A DNA stretch of 64,000 nucleotides from an uncultured Acidobacteriota bacterium (lineage in GTDB: Bacteria > Acidobacteriota > Thermoanaerobaculia > Multivoradales > UBA5704): assembly GCA_963700145.1 (NCBI GenBank), contig OY969474.1, forward strand, positions 288,001 through 352,000, in the 5' to 3' direction. A model generated the notes under the pieces. It ran no database searches. It was not told the DNA's origin and saw only the letters and a list, made by a program, of their open reading frames with translations. This document shows, in pieces, positions 63,542 to 64,000 of this stretch; within the stretch, counting starts at the first letter, position 1; every line of letters starts with the position of its first letter. The translations under genes were made by a program, and so were the position numbers.

Positions 63542-64000
63542 ATGACCGGCAGGCGACCGCCTTTCGCGAATCCGATCTTGAGACTGATCCCGTGCGGGCT
63601 CGCGCTCGCGCTTCTCGCGCCACCCCTGGGGGCTCAAGAGTCCCCTGCCACCGACCCTGTCGGCGCCCTGCGCGCCGAGATCGAGGCGCTGCGCGCCGAC
63701 TACGAGGTGCGCATCGCCGCCCTCGAAGGGCGCCTGGCGCAGCTGGAGGCCGGCGGCACGGCCGTCGCCCCCGCCCCGCAGCCCACCGAGATCCCGCCGG
63801 AGGTCGCGGCCACCGGTGCCGCGCCCTCCACGGCCACCTACTTCAACCCCAGCGTGGCGATGATCGGCAACTTCCTCGCCGCCGGCGGGCACGCGGCGGG
63901 CGACGACGCCGCGCCGAGCGCCGAGTTGCGGGAGTCGGAGCTCGGGCTCCAGGCCGTCGTCGATCCCTACGCCCGTGCCGACTTCTTCCTCGCCTTCGGC
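63542..64000 (+). CDS. Outer-membrane porin/receptor, probably metal uptake, 3'-truncated
   Basis: AAGGAG SD, signal peptide, coiled coil, FNPSVAMIGNF, ELGLQAVVDPYARADFF. Confidence 0.75.
   Translation, partial: MTGRRPPFANPILRLIPCGLALALLAPPLGAQESPATDPVGALRAEIEALRADYEVRIAALEGRLAQLEAGGTAVAPAPQPTEIPPEVAATGAAPSTATYFNPSVAMIGNFLAAGGHAAGDDAAPSAELRESELGLQAVVDPYARADFFLAFG

Overview
GC-rich bacterial chromosomal window. Gene content (ADOP permease with PadR, ELWxxDGT repeat protein, zinc-finger-TPR and CHAT proteins) suggests Acidobacteriota, probably Thermoanaerobaculia-like; this is inference. Housekeeping genes (PLP dehydratase, Ski2-like helicase, hutU, ssb, dtd, HU/IHF, folA-thyA, two histidine kinases, a heavy-metal RND operon) alternate with accessory blocks rich in secreted hydrolases (M12, S8, M36, S1, SH3-TIGR02594). 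I found no rRNA, tRNA, CRISPR array, integrase or transposase. Highlights: (1) a 75-aa secreted propeptide ending GIGIDPYG between two divergent zinc-finger-TPR genes, a candidate RRNPP-like peptide signalling system; (2) a ~380-bp palindromic element on a strict 21-bp lattice, between two diverged copies of a gene 3' end; (3) an 11x21-bp GATC array in front of a small helical protein; (4) GTAG-type REPs that supply stop codons and exactly bracket a fungalysin gene; (5) a frameshifted TPR-CHAT/partner/subtilase block; (6) DUF2946/CruR-like leader ORFs; (7) an unannotated 25-aa Lys-rich microprotein; (8) many apparently leaderless promoters. Family assignments come from motif recognition only; no database searches were run.
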